Positions 1 to 12,950 of a stretch of DNA of 64,000 bases are shown here, piece after piece. The position numbers were made by a program, and so were the translations under genes. The stretch comes from Kondoa subrosea. Its lineage: Eukaryota. Where the stretch lies: assembly GCA_039545335.1 (NCBI GenBank), contig BCIN01000010.1, positions 329,804 through 393,803 of the forward strand, written 5' to 3'. A model generated the notes under the pieces. It made no database searches and was not told the origin of the DNA. It worked only from the letters and a program-made list of their open reading frames with translations. Positions within the stretch are counted from its first letter, which is position 1, and each line of letters opens with the position of its first letter.

Positions 1-787
1 AAGCAACTGCCCATCGGATCACAACAGCTCGTTCAATGGCTCTCGGTATGTCAGTTGGGCTGAGCTCAAAGTCCTGTCGAGCTGACGCTCATTCGCTAGC
101 CGCCATCAGGCAACGTATCCATTCAACTCAATCCTTTGAATGCATCCTCTTCTCTCCCTGTCATATATATTACAAATTCTACAGCTGCTTTGGGTGGTGG
201 CTGCTCCAATCCCTCTTTTCCATGTGGCCAATACATTTTTACCGTTCCCAATACACCTCTCGGACAATATTCTTGCGAAGTCACAAGTTTGTCTACCGGC
301 CAATCTGGATATGGCGATAGATTAGCAATCGTTCCAGAAGAGATTGAAAATGCTTATGCCACATCTGGCATCGCTGGAGCGTTCATGGTGCCTTCCCTGG
401 CATCAGCATTACCTGGAGCCGTGAGTATTATTTGCCTTCTGCTGTTCTTTGTTGTCGCTGAAAACTTTGCGCAGTCTCAAAGCTTAAGCGAGATCGGTTC
501 AGCGTCGCCAAGCGCAGTTGCAACGTACCAAGACGTGGTGATACAGTCGTACAAAACCGGGTCTAGCATCGCAACCACAACCTACACAGGTTAGTGTCTT
601 TTCATTATCTCGCTCTGCGTACCTAATACATCCTTCTGTAGCTGAACTTGTTGAGGGCCCATCTCAATATATCTACAGTGCACCAGAACAACATGTCAGT
701 TGCTCGATATCAGGCAACAATGCAAATTGCGTCAAATCTGGTGTGGATCAGCCTGCGAGTACCTTCTCTGCCAACATTCTCTCGTAA
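1..787 (+). CDS. 3' part of an intron-containing gene of unknown function (Cys/Ser/Thr-rich, possibly secreted)
   Basis: ORF 136-420, GTGAGT intron at 421, exon ~475-590, GTTAGT..TAG intron, last exon ending TAA at 785-787. No family recognised; 5' end lies outside the window. Confidence 0.5.
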
Positions 788-907
788 TGGAATCTCTCAT
801 GGACATTGCATATTGTATATATGATCATAACATAGCTAGATTATAAGCACAAATTAGTAGGGCACATGTCTAATTGCTAAACACGGTTTTGACACATACA
901 TATTCCA

Positions 908-3232
908 TTACTCGACATATAGATCGTCGTCCGCTTTACGTCCGCGAGTCGTCCTTGTTGCCCTCACTTTGCGCTTCGCATCCTGGACTGGTATCTCTTG
1001 CACATCTAATTCCACGTCATTCGGATACGGCCAATTACCAGCTTCAACTTGATCCAAATCATCAAGCGAATTGCCAGCCAACTCTTCTTCCGTCAATACC
1101 ACACCCAAAGAATCCAATTTATTCCTTAAAAGCCCAATTACATCATCTCTTCTGTCTATCCGCTCGTGTAACTTATTAATGTATTCATTACTCTTGCGCA
1201 ACAAAGCGACTTTGCTGACTCCTTTATTTGGATTGGAAGGATCGACAATCCCGCTTCGTTGACCACCAACATTGCCTTCGCCCGGCCTACGAGGTGCTTC
1301 TTCATCTTCTTCAGGAGGTATAAAAGGTAGAAGATGTCTCAATTCTTCAAAGCATAATTTAAGTGAATCTCTTCGACGCTGTTCTGCTAATTTGTGATTC
1401 GATTTTCTCGCTTCAGGGGATAAATCTTCATAATCGATAGCATCTACAAAGCATGGCGACTGTCAACACCAATATATGCAAGAAGATGAGTGGAAAAAGA
1501 TACCTTTGGCTATGCTGACTTTGGCTTTGGCTTTCGTTTTCGCGCCATCTTTCGCTGCAGCTGATTTCTTGGTTGTTGTAGTCTTCTTCTGGCTTGCTGT
1601 ACTCTTTCCAGACGGAACCGTGGATTCTTGGATAGTGTCCTGGGGGTTTAAGACTGGACTCAAACCTTGAAGTAGACCAACATTGGGCGGTAAGTTCATG
1701 ATACTTGCTGGAGTGACTGGTGAGTATTGTTGCTGTTGAGATATGGAATGTGAAATGTCTGTGAAGGACTGCGTAGCGAAGGAAGAGGCCAAGAGAGCGT
1801 CTCCTTGAAAGTTGAGGAAAGCCGCGTCTGATCCAGGTGCTTGCTGCTGTGGCGGCTGCGGCGGCGGTTGTTGAGTAGTAGAAGATGTGTTCAGATCTAG
1901 ATCTACAGGAGATGGCGACTCATCAATTGTCGGATCGCCTGGGTTAGACAAGCGACCAGACTGTGCTTGATTAACAGGATTAAGCATAGGGGAATTGTAC
2001 GCAGATGATGCTGCTGAAGATGGAACAGTACGATACGCTCCATTGGTACTGTTTGCAGAAACTGAGTGAGAGCGTTCTTTGTGATGACCAGATCTTCCTA
2101 AGGGTTTGATGATTGGAGAGGGCCGAGTCTTCGGAGCTGTTCGCGAAGCGCCACGTCCTTTGCCCGTATCACGGCTACTCGAAGCTACTGGCTGATCATT
2201 GTTGGACGACGATGACATGGAAGAAGAAGATCCCGGAGCAGCGAAGCGAGGTATTTGCTGCTGTTGCAAAGGTGGTATATTCTGCTGGAAGTTCCCACCC
2301 ATAAGCTGCTGTGCTACATTTGGAAGCATTGGACCATTGTTAAGCAGATGGCCTAGGCCCATGGCTCGCAAAACTTGTTGTTGACCTTGCATGTAAGCCA
2401 AAGCCGATTGAAGCTGTTCGGCTTGTGCAGCAGATACAGGAGGTAGAGCTACTCCAGTAGGATTCAAGCCAAGAAGATTGGCTTGATCTGTCAAATTTTG
2501 CAATGCTGCACCGGAAACTTGGTCATGGGCACGATCTTGAGGTTGAATAGCAGGGGAAGTGAGGGGGGAAAAGGCTTCTGGTGCACCGTATCCATTTTGT
2601 ACTGGCTTGAAAGTGGAATGCATGCCAGTAGAGGTCGAAAAGACTGATAAAGGTGTCATAGCGGGAGACAGCAAGGGTGTAAATAGTTGCTAGGACGAAT
2701 GCAAAGGGATGAGCATGACGCGCATCGTCACGATACAAAGAAGACATACATCCATTTCGCTCCATTGGCTGCTGTTGTCTGTTCGAAAACCTCCGCTTTC
2801 GCCCTGTGTGCTTACGCTTTGCAGCAATTGATTGTAACTTGGTGAGGTCGCTTCGTTTGCGATTGCATAGGAGTTTTGCACGTATTGATCTTGGGAAGGG
2901 GCAAAGGCTTGAGAAGCAGACGAGATGGAATCCAGCGTATCGAAAATGGAAGAAATAGGTCGGCTATTTGGTGCAGATTGAGAAGTCGAGAATGGAGGCT
3001 GAGGTGAATTGGCAGAGGAACATTGAGCGAAAGCTAATTCTTGCGCCTGAGGAGGGCCAGCATCTGCGTTGATGGCTCCCGCATAATTCATGCCTTGATT
3101 CGCTTCTGGCGATAGAGCGTTCTGCTTGAAAAAGAAGCCCAAGTCAGTAGCATGCTGATTGTAATCTTGCGAGCCTTGACTGGACAGCGGCCTAGGAGAG
3201 AAACTAGGCATATCTTCGAGGATCCCTTCCAT
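908..3232 (-). CDS. PHO4: bHLH transcription factor, Pho4/NUC-1-like
   Basis: C-terminal bHLH RKSNHKLAEQRRRDSLKLCFEELRHLLP...NKGVSKVALLRKSNEYINKLHERI follows a long S/P/Q-rich region (ORFs 2690-3232, 1463-2674, 908-1342). The loop and helix pattern fits basidiomycete Pho4-like factors. bHLH is certain; orthology is less so. Confidence 0.7.
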
Positions 3233-3412
3233 AATGAAATTGTCCTTCGTGGATTATTGAGCCTCGCTCGAGTGCAGACCACTGCAAGGTTTCTGGCAAT
3301 GATTGATGCCTAAGCCTGTGGCAGGCTGTTCGGTGCCTTGATTGGCCCTCCCTGGTGATTGTCGCGGACCAAAGAGTTCCGAAATTTACTGCTGTTGTTG
3401 CACACCAGCAAG

Positions 3413-5335
3413 ATGATAGACACTGACGCCCTAGTATGTTTCCAGACGGCTCTATTATCAGAACCAGCTTACATTTGCTACAGATCCACGAATTTGGCTC
3501 CCTTGACAGCAGTCTCGTTTTGGCAATCTCGAGCGAGACAGACGATTTGCAGGCTGTGCGCACAACGCTGAAAGCTCTGGCTGCGACCGATTCTTTGGCA
3601 CAAGCATCAGATGCAGATGTTCAAGATCTTACTGCAGAATCGCTCAGTCGAACTGAATCTATTCGATCTCTGGATGTGACTTTCATTCTTTGATTCCAGT
3701 GATACCTGGGTCGATCTGACAGTGTGATTCGGATAGACTACTTCCGATGTGGAACGAGCTCTGGAAGAGTGGTCCATCAGCAACGGTGACAGCGTTGCAT
3801 CGGCTACATCATCTGATGTTGGTGAAGAAGATTCCTCTTTGTACGACGCCAACGTTATTTTTCTCGAATCCATGTATCCTGCTCGTGACCCGAGGTTTCT
3901 GAAGAGTCTTTTGGAAGAACACGAAGGCAATGTCGAAGTCAGTTTCGACCGAACGATTCATTCAACCCATTGCTGACCATAGCACAGACAGTGTTGGATC
4001 ACTTACTCAATATGGACTACATAGACGGGCAACCTCCGGTGCAACAAGCGATAGTTAACAACGCTACTGTGGTTAATGAGCATCGCAAACGCAAACGCAG
4101 AAGACCGCCAAAGACGAGCAAAACCTTTTCCCTTACGGATCCAGGTCGAATGCCAGCATCTCCTTCCACCTCTCATGCCTCTTTACCATTGCAAAGCGAC
4201 AATCTTTGGGTAAATGTCGATTCCGTGTCTTCTCATATCGCAACATTGCTGAATCTCTCGCCTGGATTCGTTACTTCTATCTACCACAAGAACTCTTCTT
4301 CTTTTGCTCTCACTCTCGATACCCTCATGGATACTCTCGAACTTCAACACCCATACGACACATTGAAATTGGCTCCTTCTGTCATTACCGATTTGCAAGC
4401 CATGTTTGCTCCTGAAGATCCATCTGCAGAACTAGCTGTCCCAGAAAGGCAATGGAAGAAATACCTTTCTGCTACTCAAGGCAATGTAGAAAGTTCGATC
4501 GATCTCATGTTACTTCAGCAAGAGATTGTTGGTCGGGAAGGTTCAGCATTAGAAGTTGGTCTGCTCAAAGGCTTCGACACGGCTGTAGAACGAGCCTCGA
4601 GAGAACAGTTAGCAGTCAAGAAAGATTTGGAAGCCGTTTCCAACGGTGTTCTCAGACCGGATTTACCTGGTTGGTCAATGTCTCACTCTCAAGCTAATGG
4701 GAACAAGCCGTTACTCTATAAACCGACCTACAGATCAAAGATTGGCGACACACCAGTCGGTCTGACGAAAAGCAGAGTCACTGAAGCAACTCTGTCCGAT
4801 AATCCGACAGCAACAGAATGTCTTGCAATGGCAGAAGAATATAGGAACAATAGAAATGAAGCCTTCAAAGCCGCTGCTAGACACTTCCAATCTGGTAAGA
4901 GCGGAGGGGAAAGAGGCGCAGGTGACCGGGGTGCCGCAGCTTATTGGTCAGAGAAAGGAAGAGAATTGGACGCAAGAGCTAGAACTTGGGATCTTCGGGC
5001 AGCTAGAGCACAAGTTGCGGAACGGAGGTAGGCTATACTTGCGATATATCACTTCACAGTAAGACTGATATGTTCTCAGAATGGTTTCGGACAATTCTAT
5101 CGATTTGCATAACTTGACTGTGAATCAAGCTTTGACGGTTGTCAAAGAGAACGTCAATACCTGGTGGTCTTCATCAAGCAATCCAAGACCTTTCCGTATT
5201 GTCACTGGAGCTGGTCGCCATAGCGCCAACCGGATGCCTGTGCTGTTGCCGAGTGTGATGAAGATGCTAGATCGCGAAGGTTGGCGCGTACGTAAAGATC
5301 CTGACGGTGGCAGCTTGATTGTGAGGGTTCTGTGA
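3413..5335 (+). CDS. CUE2: CUE/DUF1771/Smr-domain endonuclease (Cue2/N4BP2-like)
   Basis: MIDTDAL|IHEFGSLDSSLV start; DUF1771-like EEYRNNRNEAFKAAARHF...AAAYWSEKG; Smr domain IDLHNLTV...FRIVTGAGRHS. Confidence 0.85.
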
Positions 5336-5484
5336 TTTGCCGGACGATTTCCCAAAGCTGACTTTAATACAGGTCACCGGTGTGAAAAACGCTGGTACTG
5401 TCTTAGAAAGATAGTCCACTACTTGCTTAGCATTCGCTTGTTGTGACAAAAGTCTAGATAGTGTTTGGGAATGTACACACTAAT

Positions 5485-6634
5485 CTATAGAATCTGCATG
5501 TCTAGAACTGTCAAATTTGCATCGTCTAATCGTTTCCAGGTTTTGACGGCCTCCTTTTCAACACTGATTAGGCGGATTCGTCGATCCAAGCCTTTGTGAC
5601 CATATCTAGTGAAGCCTTGCTAAGAGAGGATTTGATTTCGGTAAGAAAGTTAGACTCACGCAAGATATGACGGACAGCCCGCAGCTACTAGCCAGGGTGA
5701 CTTGCTGATATCTTTTAATCGTATGGCGTAATCATTGACATGACTACTCGCTCATCGGGCCATGCCTTTGGTACCAGAAACATGTGCTCACTCGTGTCCC
5801 CAAAACACAGCTTTAACGCCGACTTCTACTGCTGCTTCATAGATCTTTGACTCCTCGAGAGAAGGGCAAGGCTCTTCGCGCACCGAGCCCACAATTTCGT
5901 AATCTTCGGCTGCGGTTAAAGCTTGCCGCAAAGGTATATGAAAGAACAGCAAAGAATGATGGAATGTAGTCGGATGATTCTGGCGGAACCATTCGACCTG
6001 AGAGTCCCGGATATAGTCACTGAAGAGACAGGTAAATCTTAGGCGACTTCATAGGCGAGGTGATACAAACTAGGTATACACGCCCTCCTGGGTGCTTGAA
6101 TCGCCTCCACTATCAAGGAAGAAAAGAGGAGCTACAAGATTGCCTTCTTTGTCCAAGAGGTTGATACTATAGTTTCCTGAACCGTGGATCGCTTCTGATC
6201 CGCAAAGGGTCATTGACAAGGGGTATGCTTCAGTAGCCTGAATGATGTCTTCCGGTCTGCATTGATACTGATGTTCAGCATCATGGTTACCCAAAACAGA
6301 TGCGAATGGAATGTTTCGCTGAATGGCTACTTGATAGATTTCCTCAAGGGCTAATGTCACATCGGAAGTTGCAGTGTTGTCTCCGGTAAAGATGATGAAG
6401 TTTGGCTTCTCTTCGTCGAGGACGCGATTGATGAAGCAAAGGGTAGCTTGCCTTGCAGTCTGGGCGCTATTGAAGGTCGGTTCAACGTTAAGCGGCGCTA
6501 TATCTACGAGAGACCAGTGTAGATCTGCGCTCTCAAGGTGTTAGTCTGGCAACTGAAGCAGATCTGAGTTGCTTACCAGCTAATAACATGATTTTGAACT
6601 TTCCTTCAACCAGAGTTAATGATCCCGCTGACAT
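5485..6634 (-). CDS. Calcineurin-like metallophosphoesterase, DCR2/PAP-like
   Basis: Motifs FKIMLLA|DLHW, FTGD, VLGNHD, FFLDSG, FFHIP and GH|DHVNDY across spliced exons. Confidence 0.85.
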
Positions 6635-6968
6635 GTTGAGCACGGTTGTCAAACGAATGCGAATCAGTAAGTATTGTTTAGCGAACAAGAAGCATAGCAC
6701 AGAACATCACAGCAAGACGTGAAAATGTAAATAAAGACAAGAAGAACCCATCTGAAAACGCGAAAGGCTGAACAAAACGGCAGGAGCAAAGCAAATGACC
6801 TCACAGCACACGACAGACGATGATGTTCGGTTGTTCTTGCGCTGCCGGATTTTGTTCTGGCAAATTCCCATTAAAATACCGAATACAAAATACAATTTCT
6901 TCTTGCCCGCGTAAAACAATGAGCATTACGTAGTCTATGATTGGGAACGATGAAGTAGAATGTCGAGG

Positions 6969-8763
6969 TTAGCATCCTTTTGCTGCTGATGGAGTGACTG
7001 CATAAGTCCGTTTGTACTTCTTGTCGCATTTTTCGAGGTAGTAGGTTTCAGGTGCAAGAAAGTCGACGGAACCGGTTGGTGTCCAGTCTTTCAGGTTATG
7101 CACATGTTCTCGCATCTACAAGAGTTACTATGAGCATGTATAATAAGAATGAATGCGAAAAGTTACCTTGAGGGAATCAACAAATTCTTGACACGGCCTG
7201 ACTTGAGTTTTCTCCAGCCGACTTAACAGATCCATCTTTCTCGATAGCTCTTCCACACTAGCATCGAATCGCAATGCGAAGAAACTTGAAGCTAACCCAC
7301 TGCCGTAACTGAAGACACCAACTCTTTTGCCTACTAAGCTCGATGCGGAAGTGGAGATAAGGGAAGCGAGTGAAGCGTAAACTGAAGCTGTGTAAGCGTT
7401 GCCTAGCCTTCGCATGCAATTGGTCGTTGGCCATACTTTAGCTTTATGATCGGCTTTGGTGAGGTTAATGAAGTTCTTCTCGAGCACTTTGTCTGTAAGC
7501 GAGTCGTCGAAAGAGATAGAAGCAGTTGAAGGATCGATTGAGGAGTACTTGGACGAAGAAGGATCACATGTGTAGTCGTGGTACGCCTAAGTGCACACAG
7601 TATCAGCAGAAATTCAGCAAGGTAATAAAGGCAGCACTCACAAGTCGCGCAAGACCCTTCTGAACTTGTTTGCCGTAAGGCCCATGGAAAGTGATGTAGT
7701 CGAAGGAGTCTAAAGAAGTCTTGACGCCCGTCTTGCCTTCTTTCGCCTTTTGCTTCTCAAACTTGGCTTTATACGTTGCGTATACTTTATCGATTGTACC
7801 GTTGTAGCATTTGACTGTAAGCGGACCATCAACTTCTGGATATTCTGACCCCAATGCTGGTTTGTAGAAGTCCCAAGCATTAGACATGTATGTACCATGA
7901 ACGGCTAAACCTCAAACGGCTGAGCCCAAACTTCATGCACGAAGACCTGAGTGCACGTACGTTCAACCACAATCGGTGCGTTTGGACCAATAAGCATAGC
8001 CACAGCACCCGCACCTCCAGCCGGTCTCGCAGATCCTTCAGCGTAAGTTGCAATATCTCCAGCTACCACAATAGCCCATCTTCCATCCCAAGAACTGCTT
8101 TCTATCCAATTGATACAGTTGAATAAAGCTGCTGTTCCACCATAGCAAGCATTCTTGGAATCAATTCCTTCGATATCGAAATTGCCAGATTCAGCAAAGA
8201 GATCCATCAAGACTGTTTTGCAGGATTTTGCTTTGTCAATGATTGTTTCTGTTCCAACGTCGAGTCTTCCAACAGATCGGGGGTCGACATTGAATTTGCG
8301 CATAAGAGAAGAAACGACTGTTTCAAAGGCAGGCACTTTCAATTCCACTGCATTCTTACGACTTGCAATAGAGTTTACTGACCAGTCAAAAGGAAACTGT
8401 TGATATCTTCTCTATCATCCGTGAAAGCCATGTACTCTTGTCCCAATCCAATAGTATACTAGTACAGCCAAGAGGTCAGCCTTTCTCTCCTAAGCATCTG
8501 TGACTGAAATGCACCTTCCCAGCTGATACACCATCATACTGTTCTAGCTCTTCCTCAGAAACGCAGCGTGTAGGGAAATAGACGTCCATAGCATCTGTTA
8601 TATTGCGAAAAAGTAAAATATCAGCTCATTTAGTCTTGTCCCAAGTAAGATTGAAGAGAGACCTACGGATACCAACATTCTGTGGTCTGGCTGCTGCATC
8701 CGGAGTGAAGGGAGCTTTGAATTCGTTTGCATGACCATTGATCCCGTTTGTTGAATTCGACAT
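6969..8763 (-). CDS. ERG13: Hydroxymethylglutaryl-CoA synthase
   Basis: [23 protein letters not shown], catalytic [24 protein letters not shown] and FSYGSGLAS motifs. Confidence 0.97.
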
Positions 8764-8967
8764 GGCAAGGCTTGATTTGCTTTGTGCTGTAGTCTGTGAT
8801 AATTAAAGGGTCGAGGGTATGATGATATGTGTTGTTGTACGACTGGAGCAAATCAGAGATGGATGGCTGCGGTTGAAGCAGAACAAGAAAAATTGCATGA
8901 CAATAAAGCGGTCTCAAGTAGCGCTACATCTATAAGTGTGGTATACCAAACCCAACATGAATGACTT

Positions 8968-11698
8968 CTACCATCTCTGCTGTCCATTATATTGATCAGG
9001 TTGCGGAAATGAGGGTTGCCCATACTGGGATGCTAATCAGCAGGACATCATAGTTCAGCTTGTTAAAGCCTCTGTGCATACAGAGAGCTACGTACCATTG
9101 CTCGGAGGCTGGTATCCAGTATTGTAACCTCCTTGGTTATAGCTTCCTGGGGGTGGTTGGGGGAACCCAGGGAGTTGAGGCTGAGCAGAACCATACGAAT
9201 CTTGTGGTGCATTGTACTGCTGCTGAGGGTAAGCAGGCTGACTGCCATAGTTGTTGTAGGATTGGGGTTGATACGGATCTTGAATGGCTGGAGGTGCTTG
9301 TGAATCATTGTTGTAGAAAGCGGCAGCTTCGCCGACTTCTCTTCTTCCCCCGTGAGGTTGATTCATCAGTTCTTGATCTGCCCAGTTAACGTCAATTGCG
9401 ACTGTCGGAACACAAGCAGAAGTGCTTACAGGTAGAATAACCTGGAATTTGCTGAGCATAGCCATGAGCCATCGTCCCAAACTTCTGACTTGCAGCATTG
9501 TACAGCTGATCCGGTCTACATCGAAAATTAGTTGCAGCTACCTGAATCACATGAGCAACCTTCATACTCACGCAGGCAAGAAAGATTGAGACTGTTGAGC
9601 TGAACCATGACTGTGCGGCTCGGCCTTTGCGCCTTTACGAACGTTTCTATGATTCCGAACCGACTCCTGCGCTTTCTGTCAGCGTCATGATCTTCGTATA
9701 AGTCAAATCAAATCACCTTTGTCAACGCGTTCAGAACATAACGTTGATCCGATTCTTGTTGAAACCAGGCTTGCATTGTACTGTACATCTCATTCTGTAT
9801 CTGCGATCTGTTGTCCGCAAACATCGGGTGATGAAAGGCTTGAAGAATCTCAAAGGCAACTAGTGAAGAAGGTCAAAGATCATCGTTCGCCTTCAGGATC
9901 GGACATACCATGGTTAGGATCGATCGAATTATCATCCCAAGCTTTCACTACTCTAGTCACCGAGAACTTGACAATGGTTTGAGCGATTCTCCCCGCAGGC
10001 TCATTCAGTAGGGTTGCGAAATGGTCTTTAGCGAGCATCTAAACGTCACTTAGCCATGAAAAGTGGTTGAGACATTGAAACTTACCGAATGAGTTGGATC
10101 GGATGCATTCGGATTATTGAATACTTCAAATTGATCCTCGTTATTTATCACAGCTGCGCTACCCTGGGAAATTGTGTTTGTAGCTTGCTGCGCAACTGGA
10201 TCCACATACTGCAGGTGAAAACCATCAGCAACATATCTATCGGAGCCTTTGGTTTTACTGACAGGTCCGATCTGAGTGAAGCTGCAAAAAGATTAACGAG
10301 CTTGAAACGTGAAGGCCATATTACTTACACCCATTTATTGATGCTGACAGTGATTCTTTCAAGCAGACTAGACAGCCCTGGAACCTTCTCAATCCCTTGT
10401 TCTATGGCCATACAGATTTTGTCACGGAAGGCGAGGATTTGGAAAAGATTCTTGTGAATTTCTGCGGCATTCAATTGGCTTGGATCGAATCCTGCTCGAT
10501 TTTGTCTTTCGACATTATCCATCTCGCGACTAAGCTGCTGTCCATCTCCCCCAGGGATCTGAAAGATAAGATTGCGCAAATTGTCCGTTGAATTTGATCG
10601 TTCGCTTCGAGCTTTGGTCGTCTGTCTCTTGAGTTCTGACACGGATGCTTCAGAGATCTTATCTGCCGATTCACCTAAGAGGGAGTGCATGAAGTCCTGA
10701 GGACATCAAGCGGCATCATGTCAATGGCCAAAGTATAGACCCAGCAGAAGACTTACAGCAGACCCAAAAGTTCCTGTGATCAAAGGCGGGACCATTCCCT
10801 GAGGAGATTGAATTCGGACTGCATCACCAACGTGACAAAAAATTTCACGGTGACCCATTTTGAGCAGGTAGAGTTCCGTGATGTTCGAATGCGCGCTGAT
10901 ATCTTCCAAAGTATGTAAAAAGGAGCCAAGATTTCTGTACGCTTCCCACAGGATCTGATTGTCGCCTGTCTGACGCGCCTGACGGCCTTGTTCGATACAC
11001 TTCAGGATAAGGGTCCGAACATGTGCTGTACTAGTAGGCCATCCGCCTCTTTCGTTGCCTATGTAGTTCTTCATGCCAGTATTGGGATCAATTTCAAGTT
11101 CTTGTGGTGAGACAGGACCTCTGAGTTTCGGATTGATCTGTCTGGCGTCTTTGCCATCTGCATAGCCTTTTGGATTGTCAACGTGATCTTCCGCTCTATA
11201 GACCCCAATGCGTTCTTCTGTCACCTCAAATTCTCCTGTTGCATAGCCATGGGCGAGAAAACCAAGCAACATGACGACATTCATAATCGCAGCAACAGAC
11301 ATCTTGGCCAAGCCAGCTGTATCGAAAGCTTGGGAATAGTCCCTTAACCAATTGCCGAAGTAGACTCTCTTGGTATCTAATCCGCCAAACTGTACATGAT
11401 CTTGAGTACTGAAGATACAGCAGGAATGAATGAATAGCACACCTTTCCAGCACCCAAAACCGAAAGAATTGATGCTGCACCGCCGGATCGCTTTGACAAC
11501 TCTTGGAGGATGTCTTCAATATCACCATGTCTGAATGCTTTGCCCTCGTAAGCTGAATGACCAGGAATATTGCCAGCTATAGGATTGTAATGAGATACAG
11601 CAGAGGTTCTTTCCATGCTCTGACTAACCGCCGAATGCAGACACAGAGCTAGCGGATAGCAGCACTACCACAGCCAGAATCAAGATAGCTCGAGACAT
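8968..11698 (-). CDS. het-c: Heterokaryon incompatibility protein HET-C homolog
   Basis: Signal peptide MSRAILILAVVVLLSASSVSAFG; AGNIP..EGKAFRHGDIED; KRVYFGNWLRDYSQA; LHTLEDISAHSN; Q/P/Y/G-rich C-terminus. Confidence 0.93.
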
Positions 11699-11858
11699 TG
11701 TTCGTTAAAGCGAGAAAAGGGTGTTGATGTAATGCGCTACATAGGCATGCTGACTAAGCCGCATTACTCCGTTGTACATATACCTCTAGTGTATCTCTAG
11801 ACTTCTCTATGGTTCTATGTAACAAAACACTTTTTACGTCTCGCGTCAAAGCGTTGTT

Positions 11859-12950
11859 CTACCCTGCCGCAACGGTGCCACTACTATCAGCAAATGACCA
11901 ACAGTGCCCGCTGCGTATTGATTGCGGATATTCTAGAGCAGTATAAGTATCGTGAGTGCAAACACCTCTCGAGACTTACGACGATATTTGCATAGAATCC
12001 GCCAATCTGGTTCAGATGTATGAGGGACAGGCATTTTTTGAGGAGGTCAATGCCTTACCGTGATCAATAGACCGATCAGGAATACCAGCAGGTGAATCAC
12101 AGCGCCAAACTTTCGCTCTTTCCAGGCATTTGGGTGCATCGCAAACCACAGCAAAGAAGGCAACACCACATCCAATGGCCCAAAACCGACCGCACTATGA
12201 TGCTCCTCTCAGTTATTCCATCAAATTGCAGCTGAATTAGGCTCACCCGATCAGAGACACCAAACTCCCGAAGAGTAGTACATCTTCAGCGAGTAGCCAA
12301 GATACAATGCCAATACTGAAAGTGCAGCCAAACCAGGTTTTCCAGTGTCGAGCAGACTTCTTGATATTCTGTCGGGGGTCGAACTTCTGATTTGACAGGA
12401 ACGAAGCTACTTGCAGCGACATTCAGCAGTTGCTCATTGCTTGTAGGTCAATCTCTTCTCCCTGATGGAGCCCTTGTCGTGAATTTCTTGACAGATCCAG
12501 CTGAAGTGATGACAACCATACAATGCTCCGGTTTGCATGGCAGCTGACCGCATTGAGAGCCGTAGCGAATCTGAGTCTAGGGTTGCCGGCGCAGAGCTAC
12601 TAAGATTAGGTGAGCTTTTGAAGGGAGACAGAATGAAGCTTACAATTCAGTCCAAGAAGTCACTGCCAAAGTATGAGAGTAGGCCAAGTAGTGAGACTCC
12701 TTGTCGCGAATTAGATAACGCGCAGTTTGATGAGACATAAATTGGCTGAACGTGTCCGCAATGGACACTGAGCTCGCATTAGCAACGGAGTCAGTCAGAT
12801 GACACCGTTGCTGGAATCGATTTCGGATGGAAAAGACAAGGACTCAAGCTACTGAGACATGGGGGTCTTTGCAACGAGCACACATGCGAGATGAGCGTCA
12901 TCAAATAAGCGAAAGTTCCCGTCAAGAACGAAAGCATGACTGATGTTGGT
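11859..12950 (-). pseudogene. Amino-acid permease (Aa_trans/Mtr-like) pseudogene
   Basis: Minus-strand fragments ATALNAVSCHA, SSFVPVKSEVRPP, RHWKTWFGCTFSIGIVSWLLAEDVLLFGSLVSLIG|GAVGFGPLDVVLPSLLWF, AVIHLLVFLIGLLIT|IGGFYANIV|NIRNQYAAGTVG..ADSSG. Introns are retained but there are frameshifts and internal deletions. Confidence 0.75.

Noticed and set aside
5485..11698. ERG13-centred secondary-metabolite cluster or mating-type locus
   Set aside because: There are no PKS/NRPS/terpene synthase, pheromone receptor or homeodomain genes, and the neighbours are unrelated housekeeping genes.
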